Source: Thermodesulfobacteriota bacterium
Lineage (GTDB): Bacteria; Desulfobacterota_D; UBA1144; Nemesobacterales; Mycalebacteriaceae
Reading direction: 5' to 3'
Length of the DNA: 64,000 nt
Assembly (NCBI GenBank): GCA_965198945.1
Contig: CBDAQI010000011.1
Span: 45,364 to 109,363, forward strand
Made by a program: the position numbers and the translations under genes. Shown here in pieces: positions 49,383 to 58,583 of this stretch. The notes beneath the pieces were generated by a model. The model worked only from the letters and a program-made list of their open reading frames with translations. It was not told the DNA's origin and did no database searches. Numbering within the stretch: the stretch's first letter is position 1; every line of letters begins with the position of its first letter.

Positions 49383-49402
49383 CATTGAGGGAGAAAGGAG
49401 AA

Positions 49403-50182
49403 ATGATTGGAGATTTTGTTAAGAAGCAACGTCTGAAAAGAGATATAACCCAGGCTGAAGTTGCTTTGAGGCTTGGGATTTCAAGACCGACGTATATACA
49501 GATTGAACTCGGTGGGCGTGATATAACAGTTCCAGAAGTGAAAAAACTTGCGGAGTTGTTTGATATGTCTCCAGAAGATTTTATCAATGAGACCGAACCT
49601 GCGGTTCCCAAAGTCATTCTTGAGAAAGGGGATTTGATGGAAAAAGCCGTTGAAGAGAACAGTCTTGAAATTCGTGTTCCGCGGCAGGATTTGGAAAAAT
49701 TAGAACAGGTTCTTTTGTATGTTCTCACAAAAGTTGGCGGAAAGCCAAATGTTGGTGAGACGGTTTTGCACAAACTTCTTTACTTCATTGATTTTGACTA
49801 CTACGAGAAGTTTGAAGAAAACCTTATGGGATTGACTTACATCAAGAATCACCACGGTCCCACATCAGTTGAGTTGGGCGAAGTCATTAAAAAAATGATA
49901 AAAGACGAGGAAGTTCAGTCCTTAAAAGTAAAACGTTTCAATTATGTGCAGAAAAAATATCTTGCTATCAACGAACCCGACTTAAAACTTCTTTCAGCTC
50001 AGGAACTTTTGCATATTGACGATGTGTTGAATCGCCTTTCGGATAAGAGCGCCGGTGAGATTGAAGAGTATTCGCACGGCGATATACCGTGGATAGTTGC
50101 AAAAGAGGGGAAGCAGATTTCATATGAGGCGGTTTTTTACCGGGAAGACCCTTACTCGGTTAGGGCCTACGATGAACTTTGA
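49403..50182 (+). CDS. XRE-HTH + DUF4065 (Panacea/SocA-like) antitoxin
   Basis: N-terminal HTH; KLLYFIDF..Y, Y....HGP, SH.D.PW DUF4065 motifs. Confidence 0.85.
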   Translation: MIGDFVKKQRLKRDITQAEVALRLGISRPTYIQIELGGRDITVPEVKKLAELFDMSPEDFINETEPAVPKVILEKGDLMEKAVEENSLEIRVPRQDLEKLEQVLLYVLTKVGGKPNVGETVLHKLLYFIDFDYYEKFEENLMGLTYIKNHHGPTSVELGEVIKKMIKDEEVQSLKVKRFNYVQKKYLAINEPDLKLLSAQELLHIDDVLNRLSDKSAGEIEEYSHGDIPWIVAKEGKQISYEAVFYREDPYSVRAYDEL

Positions 50183-50546
50183 GGAGTTGCCGGAGTTTCA
50201 AAGGGATTTCAGAAACCTTGTAAACAAATACAAAACACTACCGGAAGATATGGAGCAGTTTCGTGAGATTGTTTTAGAATTTCCGCTTGGCGGCAAAAAA
50301 CATTCCGGCATCCTTACCGGTTCAGACCGTTTCAGCATAATCAAAGCCCGTCTGTCTTGCCGATACCTCAAGGGCTCGTCTCTGCGTATTATCTACGCTT
50401 ACTGTAAAACAAAAAATCGCATTGATTTTATTGAGATATATTTCAAGGGTAATAAGCAAAGGGAAGATAAAAGAAGAATAGGGAGTTATCTGGGTCAATG
50501 TTCCCGTTTTGCCGCGGCGGGTTGCAAATCCTTCAAAGGTAAATAA
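50172..50546 (+). CDS. RelE/HigB-like toxin
   Basis: EFQRDFRNL.NKY.TL..D, LRIIY, FIEIYFKG; overlaps the antitoxin stop codon. Confidence 0.75.
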   Translation: MNFEELPEFQRDFRNLVNKYKTLPEDMEQFREIVLEFPLGGKKHSGILTGSDRFSIIKARLSCRYLKGSSLRIIYAYCKTKNRIDFIEIYFKGNKQREDKRRIGSYLGQCSRFAAAGCKSFKGK

Positions 50547-50551
50547 CACTG

Positions 50552-51732
50552 ATGAGACTCAAAACAGTTTTTCTGTCACTGGCTGTATTTTTTACGCTTG
50601 CTTCCTTCGCCTCCGCCGAAGATGCTTCAGATGTTTTTGAGAAGGCGTCCCGTTCGGTTGTGGTTGTCTATGTTTACGACGAAAACGGCGAAAACACCGC
50701 GCACGGCAGTGGGGTTATTATTGGGAAAGGGGAAATTGTTACAAACTGTCATGTTATAGAAAACAGCGAACAGATAACCGTCAACACCGAAGAAGGCGAC
50801 CCGAAAACTGCAACTGTTTTCCGTACGGATTGGGAAAAAGATGTTTGTTTGCTGAAAGTTCCCGCATTGAAAGGCAAAAAGGCGAAAATCCGTCCAGCTA
50901 ATTCGCTGAAAATCGGCGAATCCGTTTACGCAATCGGCTCTCCCGAAGGAATGGATTAAAGTTTAAGCGCGGGACTGGTCTCTCAACTGCGCAGAGATAA
51001 AAAAGACGCTCCGCCGATTCGATTATTCAGACTGATGCTTCGGTATCGTCCGGTTCTTCGGGCGGCGGGCTTTTTGACAGAAAGGGAAATCTTGTTGGAA
51101 TTACATCTTTTGTTTTGAAAGAAGCGCAGAATATAGCGTTTGCGTCTCCGTCCGAATGGATAGAGGAAACCCGTGCTAGTGGAATTGAGACGGATTTAAC
51201 AACAAGCCAGGAGACACTGATTGCCGGTTTTCGTTCTTTGTTGATATTGATAGAGTCGTATCGTAAGGTTTTGCGAATCAATCCTGAAGATGCGGAAGCT
51301 TGGAGTATTCTTGGAGCTGTTTATTCAGAGCAGGACAGATATGAGGAAGCGGTAGATTCATATCGTAAGGCTTTACGAATCGATCCTGATTTAGATGAAG
51401 CATGGAATGGCCTTGGTGTTGTTTATTGGGAGCAAGGCAAGCATGAGGAGGCGATAGATTCTTACCGTGAGGCATTGCGAATCAATCCTGAGTATGCGAA
51501 AGTGTGGTATAACCTTGGGGTTACTTATGCGGATCAAGGCAAGTCTGAGGAAGCGATAGACTCATTTCGTAAGGCATTGCGAATCAACCCTGAATATGCA
51601 AGAGCATGGGGCGGTTTGGCTATTGCTTATAAGGCAAATCGTCAGGATGCTTATGCAAAAGAGGCATTTGAGCGGTTGCAAAAGCTAAACTCCTCTTTGG
51701 CGCTTAAAATTAGAAGTTTTATTTTTGATTAG
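50552..51732 (+). pseudogene. Exported trypsin-like serine protease-TPR fusion, disrupted
   Basis: TNCHV, DVCLL and SGSSGG triad; in-frame TAA at 50957 and a 5-bp duplication CGATT at 51015-51024; about 4 TPRs downstream. Confidence 0.88.
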
Positions 51733-51761
51733 TTCTCTGTCGTTGAATCTTCTTATGAAGG

Positions 51762-51833
51762 ATGAAATACTTCTTTAGTTCATTACCTCTACTGTTACGA
51801 TAGGGGTAAGCTGGCTTCGACGTGCCTGCAAAA
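51762..51833 (+). repeat. Degenerate copy of tmRNA promoter and 5' end
   Basis: tgaaata..ttcattac..atagggg..ctggcttcgacgt matches 52489-52562 (13 bp exact core). Confidence 0.75.
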
Positions 51834-51865
51834 GGAGTATTCTTGATTTTGTTTAGAGGATGTAA

Positions 51866-52421
51866 ATGGTAGAAAAAAAGAAGTCTATATCAGCAAGGGA
51901 AAGTTTGTTGAGGTCTATTGCTATGGTGTCATCTATGGCAATAGGAATTTATATACTTCATGCATTCTTGGCTCTTGTCTACTACACTCTTTTCTATGTG
52001 GATGGATTATCTGCAACTAACAACTCTAACATTGGGACTGAACAAAATAAGTATCTTTTCTATGTGGATGGATTATCTGCAACTAACAACCCCTTTTTAC
52101 CAAATACTCTTGGTCCACAAAACTTTCCTTGGGTTCGTCTTCTAACTTTGAGTTGTGGACTTTGGTTTGGTTGGCGTTATGTTGGTATGCCAATTAGAGG
52201 TGATGCCTATCACAACACTGTGTTCTATCTCTTGGGCGTTACGCTTGGTGTGGTAACTGCTGTATTGTTGTTTAGTTTACTTTCCACAGTTCATAGGAAT
52301 AGGGTTTCTTACTTTAGTTGCTACTTTACTTGGCGAAGCAATTTTTGTTCTCTTGGTTTACAAGTTGGTTGTTTTTATAAAAGGTAGAACAAAGGATCCG
52401 ATGACCATGGGGATGCAATAG
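51866..52421 (+). pseudogene. AT-rich hypothetical membrane protein with internal duplication and probable frameshift
   Basis: ORF 51866-52387 with LFYVDGLSATNN twice; the hydrophobic C-terminus continues in the +1 frame to TAG 52421. Confidence 0.55.
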
Positions 52422-52488
52422 TTGTTGATAAGAAAGATTGGTAGGAAGAGATTAAAAAGCAGAACTAATGAACAGAGACCACTCCTTC

Positions 52489-52517
52489 TTGAAATAACCC
52501 TTTCAATTCATTACTAT
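52489..52517 (+). promoter_or_regulatory. tmRNA promoter
   Basis: TTGAAA-N17-TACTAT, 13 nt upstream of the mature 5' end. Confidence 0.65.
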
Positions 52518-52530
52518 TCCTATCCCAATA

Positions 52531-52880
52531 GGGGGCGAACTGGCTTCGACGTATCTGAAGACAGCTCATGCCGCATGCCGAGCTTGGCTAACTCGTTAAA
52601 CTGACCTCTCGCTATAACTGGCAAACCAATTAACGCACTCGCGGCCTAATTAACGCTGCGACGCTTCACGGGGCAATGCCTGCGGGCTTTGTGAAGCGGC
52701 ATCCAGCAGGCTGGTCTGTTTGCGACGCCCGATGCGCAAGCGGATGAGAAACCCATCGGGACAGCGGAAAAAGCGCCCGCCCGCCGGCAACTTTTTCCGT
52801 CAAAAATCGGCGGGATAAGCATGTAGAAGCTGAGTGATTCTCTTTTGCGGACGCGGGTTCAATTCCCGCCGCCTCCACCA
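52531..52880 (+). ncRNA. ssrA: tmRNA; tag peptide (A)GKPINALAA
   Basis: 5' GGGGGCG..TTCGAC, resume context ATAACT-GGC, tag ORF 52620-52649 ending LAA-TAA, 3' GGTTCAATTCCCGCCGCCTCCACCA. Confidence 0.97.
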
Positions 52881-52894
52881 TTTGGTAGTATCAC

Positions 52895-53506
52895 TTGAAC
52901 CTTGATGAAATCATTATAGCAACCGGCAATGAAGACAAAGCGCGGGAATTTGACCGGTTGCTGAACGGGATTTTCAAAAAGGTTTCTTTCCTGAAAGACT
53001 TCCCCTCGGTTGTGATGCCCGAGGAAACGGGTGCGACTTTTGAAGAAAACTCACTTATTAAAGCGTGTGCGGTTTTTGAAACCGTTTGCCGTGAATCTCA
53101 CTGCCGCGCCGTTCTAGCTGACGACTCGGGAATTGAAGTGTCCGCGCTCGGCGGCAGTCCCGGGGTTTACTCCGCACGCTATGCGGGTGAAAACTCCACC
53201 GATGATGAAAATTTGGATAAACTAATGTCCGAACTCAAAGGCAAGACAGACAGAAGAGCCCGCTATGTGTGCGTTTTGACTCTTATTCTTTCCGGTGGCG
53301 AAAAAATTACCGCAACCGAATTTTGCGAAGGTGAAATATCTGAAATAAAAAAAGGCGAGGGCGGATTTGGTTATGATCCCGTGTTTTTCCTTCCGTCTTA
53401 CGGAAAAACGATGGCGGAACTTGACCCCGATGAAAAAAACCGCATAAGCCACAGAGGCAAAGCCTCAAGGAAAATTGCGCTGCAAATGCGCGAGATGTCA
53501 AAATGA
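52895..53506 (+). CDS. rdgB: Non-canonical purine NTP pyrophosphatase
   Basis: [30 protein letters not shown]. Confidence 0.96.
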   Translation: MNLDEIIIATGNEDKAREFDRLLNGIFKKVSFLKDFPSVVMPEETGATFEENSLIKACAVFETVCRESHCRAVLADDSGIEVSALGGSPGVYSARYAGENSTDDENLDKLMSELKGKTDRRARYVCVLTLILSGGEKITATEFCEGEISEIKKGEGGFGYDPVFFLPSYGKTMAELDPDEKNRISHRGKASRKIALQMREMSK

Positions 53507-55140
53507 ACAAAAAAAACGGAACCCACAAAATCAAGCCCGCCAAATATGTGTTCGTAACGGGAGGGGTAATGTCATCCCTCGGCAAGGGAATCGTGGTGGG
53601 CTCTCTCGGTCTTCTGCTTGAAAGCAGGGGTCTCACGATAGCGGTTCAGAAACTTGACCCGTATATCAATGTTGACCCCGGAACAATGAACCCGCATGAG
53701 CACGGTGAGGTTTTTGTGACCGATGACGGAGCTGAAACCGACCTTGACCTCGGACACTATCAGAGATTCACAAAAGCCGAACTTACACGCTCAAGCAACT
53801 TTACTTCCGGAAAGGTCTATAACTCCGTCATAACAAAAGAAAGGGAAGGCAGATTTCTCGGCAAAACCGTTCAGGTGATTCCCCATGTAACGGATGAAAT
53901 AAAATCCAGAATAACGGCGCTTGGTGAAAAAGGTGACAGAGATGTTGTGATTGTTGAGATAGGAGGCACTGTGGGAGACATTGAAAGTCTGCCTTTTCTT
54001 GAAGCTGTGAGACAGCTCAGGTCGGAGCTCGGAAGACAGAATACAATTTTTATCCACCTTACATATGTTCCATTTGTGGTTCCTTCCGGTGAGTTTAAGA
54101 CAAAACCAACTCAGCACAGTGTGAAGGAAATGCTCAAAATCGGAATACAGCCCGATGTTCTTGTATGCCGCACTGAAGAGCAAATTCCTGAAAGAATCAA
54201 AAGAAAAATCGCCCTTTTCTGCAATGTTGATTTGAATTCCGTCATATCGGACAGAGATGTTAAATCCATATATGAAGTGCCTCTTGTGTTGAACGAAGAA
54301 GGTTTTGACGAGACGGTCACTTCACATTTGAACATCTGGACAAGAGCCCCCGGCCTGGCAAACTGGCGGAAAATATTTGATAACAGGGACAAAATTTCAA
54401 AGAGTGTAAAAATAGCGGTTGTCGGCAAATACGTGGGACACCGCGACACTTATAAAAGTCTTCACGAAGCTCTTGCACATGCGGGAATGGCAAACCAATG
54501 CAAAATGGATGTCCAATACATAGATTCGGAAGATATTAAGAGTAAGGATTCTTCTCTTCTCAAAGATGCGGATGGAATTCTGGTTCCGGGCGGCTTCGGT
54601 GAAAGAGGATACGAGGGGAAAATCAGGTCCATAGCCCGTGCCAGAAAATATAAAATCCCGTTTTTTGGAATATGTCTCGGAATGCAAATGGCGGTTGTTG
54701 AAATTGCGAGGAATGTGTGCGGCATGAAAGACGCAAACTCAAGCGAGATAGACCCGCACTCTCCGCATCCGGTGATTGATTTCATGGAAGGGCAGGAAAA
54801 TATAAGGGAAATGGGCGGCACAATGAGGCTTGGAGCTTATCCGTGTGTACTTGAGCGCGGAACTCTGGCACGCAAAGCATATGGGAAAAAACACATATCC
54901 GAGAGGCACAGACACAGGCTTGAGTTCAACAACAATTACAAGAAAAAATTTCAGTCCGCCGGTATAACCGTAAGCGGCCAATCTCCGGACTCATCCCTTG
55001 TGGAGATTGTTGAACTGCAGGGCCATCCGTGGTTCATAGGATGCCAGTTTCATCCTGAATTTCTTTCAACGCCTCTGCATCCGCACCCTCTTTTCCGTGA
55101 CTTTATCGCCGCCGCGCTTAAGCATAAAAAATCCAGATGA
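53503..55140 (+). CDS. pyrG: CTP synthase
   Basis: [44 protein letters not shown]. Confidence 0.98.
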   Translation: MNKKNGTHKIKPAKYVFVTGGVMSSLGKGIVVGSLGLLLESRGLTIAVQKLDPYINVDPGTMNPHEHGEVFVTDDGAETDLDLGHYQRFTKAELTRSSNFTSGKVYNSVITKEREGRFLGKTVQVIPHVTDEIKSRITALGEKGDRDVVIVEIGGTVGDIESLPFLEAVRQLRSELGRQNTIFIHLTYVPFVVPSGEFKTKPTQHSVKEMLKIGIQPDVLVCRTEEQIPERIKRKIALFCNVDLNSVISDRDVKSIYEVPLVLNEEGFDETVTSHLNIWTRAPGLANWRKIFDNRDKISKSVKIAVVGKYVGHRDTYKSLHEALAHAGMANQCKMDVQYIDSEDIKSKDSSLLKDADGILVPGGFGERGYEGKIRSIARARKYKIPFFGICLGMQMAVVEIARNVCGMKDANSSEIDPHSPHPVIDFMEGQENIREMGGTMRLGAYPCVLERGTLARKAYGKKHISERHRHRLEFNNNYKKKFQSAGITVSGQSPDSSLVEIVELQGHPWFIGCQFHPEFLSTPLHPHPLFRDFIAAALKHKKSR

Positions 55141-55141
55141 G

Positions 55142-57132
55142 ATGACACCGGGCGAAATTGTAATTTTTAGAAAAAGGAAGGAGCCGTGCTGCGGAATCTT
55201 TCTTTCCGCAGGCGAAGGGGTCATGACCGTTCTTTCAGAAGAAGGCAAAACAATGCCGATCACCGGCGAAAAAATTGCGTTCCTCACCGGAATAAAATCC
55301 GCACATTCAACCAACGACGAGAGAAAAATGGATATGAGGCGGCTCAGAAAAGAGCTTGAAGAGGCGAAGGATTCTTTTGACCTTCAGGCTCTGTGGGAGA
55401 ATCTTGCCCATTCGGAAAAAATTGTTTCCTTCGGAGATATTTTGTCCGTTTATTCACGAGAAACTGAAACACCGCCCGATGAAGCGCTCAGACTTTTCTG
55501 GGCGATTGACAAAAACACCGTTTATTTCAAAAGGGAAAAAGGCGGCTATATGCCTCTTGCGGCGGGGCATGTTGAAAAGACTCTCGCCCGCCGGAAAAAG
55601 CAAGTTGAAAATGAAAGACAGGAGGCTTTTTCCATAAAGTGGATAAAGTCCGTTCTGAACGGTTCAGAGCATGAGCCGGACGGTTTTGACAGAGAGGCGT
55701 GCGTAAAAACCGTTATGGCCTACGTTCAAAACACCGAAGACAGTCCCGCTTTCAAAAATGCGTGCAGGTTTTTACCGAAAGCCGGAATAAAAGACCCCGA
55801 AGCGGCCGTTGAGTTTCTGATACGAACCGGTGATTTGCCCGAAGGGTCCGACCCGGAAATGATCAGGTATGGAATCGGTGAGGGCTTTTCACCCGAAGCG
55901 CTTGAAGAATCGTCGCGATTGGTTTCCGGCTTTGCCCCGCCGGATTTTTTGGAAGATTTGACGGGACTTGAGACTTTTTCAATTGACAGCAAAACCACCG
56001 AAGACATTGACGACGCAATTTCGCTTGAATTGACTCAAACCGAAGCGCGCGTGGGCATCCACATCGCCAATGTTGCAGTTTGCATTAAGCCCGGCGGCGC
56101 TCTTGACCGCGGCGCTTTGTCTTCGGCGGAGACAATGTATCTCCCCGAGCGTAGAGTGGACATATTCCCGGCTGATTTGGTGAAAGCCCGGCTCAGTTTG
56201 CTTGAAGGAGCACCCCGCGCCGCGCTTTCGCTTCTGATAACTTTTGATCTTGAGAGTTTTCAAATAAAAAATTTTCGTTTTGCTCCCTCCAGAATTTCCG
56301 TGAGAAAAAACATGAGTTACGAAACCGCGGATGTTCTTTTTCAGTCATCCGCTGAATGGAAAAAGCTTTGGCAAATATGCGCACACCTGAAACAAAAAAA
56401 GGATTGAGAGAGGAGCCTTCATTGTTCAGATTCCCGAACTTGTGATAAAAGTCAGTCCGAAAGGAGAAATTGAAATTGCGGCCGCGCCCGCCGGAGGAGT
56501 CTCACAGGAAGTTGTTTCTGAGTTGATGATAACGGCGAACCATCTTTCCGCGGTTTTTCTGAAAGACAGGGGAATTCCCGCTGTTTTCAGGTCTCAGACC
56601 GAGAAAATTTCCGAAGAAGCGAGGGAACTTGACGACAAAGATCCGCTTTTCCCAGTGCGAATTGTAAGAATGCTCAAACCCTCCAGAATAATGACTTATC
56701 CGGAGCCCCACGGTTCTCTGGGGGTTGACTGCTATGCGCAGGCGACTTCGCCGATTAGAAGATATACGGATTTGATTGTTCAAAGGCAGATTTATGTCTG
56801 AGGTTTCAGACCTTCCGGCTCTTGATGAGGGAGAAATTTTGCGGATTCTGTCAGATGTGGAACCGGTGGTTCATTTGAGAAGAACTGCACAGAAAAGCAG
56901 GAAGAGGTTTTGGCTGTGTGAATATTTCAGGCGGATGGGAAAAAGCACTAGGCACAAGGCAATTGTTTCGCGTGTTACAAGCGGCAGGGTTTTTGTCTGG
57001 CTTCCCGAATATCTTTCAGAATTTCCACTGCACGGAGCCGATGCGGCCGTTTTCAAAGAGGGGCAAACCATAACAGTCACCCTCAAAGACTCTGACCCCA
57101 TCAGACGGAGACTCAGATTGCTTGCCGCTTAA
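55142..57132 (+). pseudogene. rnb: RNase II/RNB-family exoribonuclease with two +1 frameshifts
   Basis: SIDSKTTEDIDDA, ELMITAN, TSPIRRYTDL; removing one A (56394-56400) and one T (56791-56793) joins three ORFs. Confidence 0.85.
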
Positions 57133-58518
57133 GAGTCTTTAATCGCTTTCATTATGTCTTCAATGTTTGTGTATTTTACCCTGGGCCTGCCGGTTTTTGC
57201 CCCGCGTTCAGATTCCCGCTTGTCCAGCAGCGACCATTTTCTGTAACTTACATAGTCCGCCTTTTTTTTTCTCAAGCAGCTCCTCAATCGGACTTGCCGT
57301 CAATTCTTTGTTGAGGCTTGCGGTTTTGGAAAAATCTTCAATCATAATGTCCACCGTTTCCGTGGAATCCGCTTTGTTTGTTCCTATAATCCCGGTCGCT
57401 CCTCTTTTTATCCAGCCCGCCGTGTAGAGGCCCTCAACCGGTTTCCCGCCGGGCTTGTCAAGAACTCTGCCGTTTTCATTGGGGATTACACCAGCTTTTT
57501 CATCAAACGGAACGTCTTTGAGCGCTATGCCCCTGTAGCCGATTGAGCGGAATATGAGCCCCGCATCTATTTTTTCAGTCTCATCCGACCCGACTGCCGT
57601 GATGCTCCCGTCTTCCCTTTTCACGAGCTTGTTTCCGGTGAAGGTTACGCTTGAAGCCCGGTTGTTTTCATCCCCGTTAATGCTCACGGGCGAAAGCAGA
57701 AATCTCAGGTGAAGTTTTTTCTTTTTGTTTCTCACCCCCACAGAAAAGCCTCTTAAAATTTCAAGTTTTTTTTGAGTCGCCGTGTTGGGATTTTTTTCAA
57801 GAAAATCGCGTGTCAGAGGGTCAATTTCCATTTCCTCCGGGCACGTTACCACATCCGCATCTTCAAGGTTGCAGAGCTCTTTCAGTTCGGGATTTGTGAA
57901 AGCCGCCTGCGCGGGCCCTCTCCTTCCCACTATAAAAATTTCTTTTATACTGCTTGAAGCAAGTTTTTCCAGAGCGTAGTCGGCTATGTCTGTTTTCAAC
58001 AGTTCCGCCCGGCTTTGACACAAAATTCTGGCCACATCAACCGCAACATTGCCCACGCCTATTATCACTGCACGTTCGCATGACATATCAAAATCAAGGT
58101 CTGATGCGTAGGGATGCCCGTTATACCATGCGACAAAATCAGTCGCCGTGCAGCTTCCCGGCAGGTTTTCACCGGGGATTTTCATCTTTTTGTCAGTCTG
58201 TGCTCCGGTTGCAAAAATTATTTGGTGATAGCGTTTTTTCAGGTCGTCAAGAAATATGTCTTTTCCGAATTCCACAAGACCGAAAAAACGGAAGTCCGGG
58301 TGGGACGCGATTTTGTCATAAACTTTTGAGACGCTTTTGATTCTCTGGTGGTCCGGGGCGACTCCCTGACGCACAAGTCCGTGAGGGGTCGGCAGAAAGT
58401 CGAACATGTCAATTGCCGCCGGAACGGGGCTTTTTTTGAAAATTCTGTCCGCACTGTAGAAACCGGCCGGCCCCGACCCTATAATTGCAACAAGCATTTT
58501 TTCAGCCGCTTTTTTCAT
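57129..58518 (-). CDS. fprA: Ferredoxin-NADP+ reductase (FprA/adrenodoxin reductase type), +1 frameshift near C-terminus
   Basis: GSGPAG, GVAPDH, GVGNVAVDVAR, GWIKRG..G.IG; A9 to A8 at 57262-57270 restores W..LD..E..RG...RPRVK tail. Confidence 0.88.
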
Positions 58519-58583
58519 TTTGTCTCCAATTTATCTTCAGACCGGCCGCCACTTTTATCGGTATAATGAGAGTGGGTCTCAAT

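Noticed and set aside
50957..50959. Stop-codon recoding (Sec/Pyl or alternative genetic code)
   Set aside because: The codon is TAA, a second lesion follows, and TAA/TAG/TGA all terminate conserved genes normally in this window
52666..52881. ORF MVEAAGIEPAS on the minus strand
   Set aside because: Antisense translation of the tmRNA 3' end
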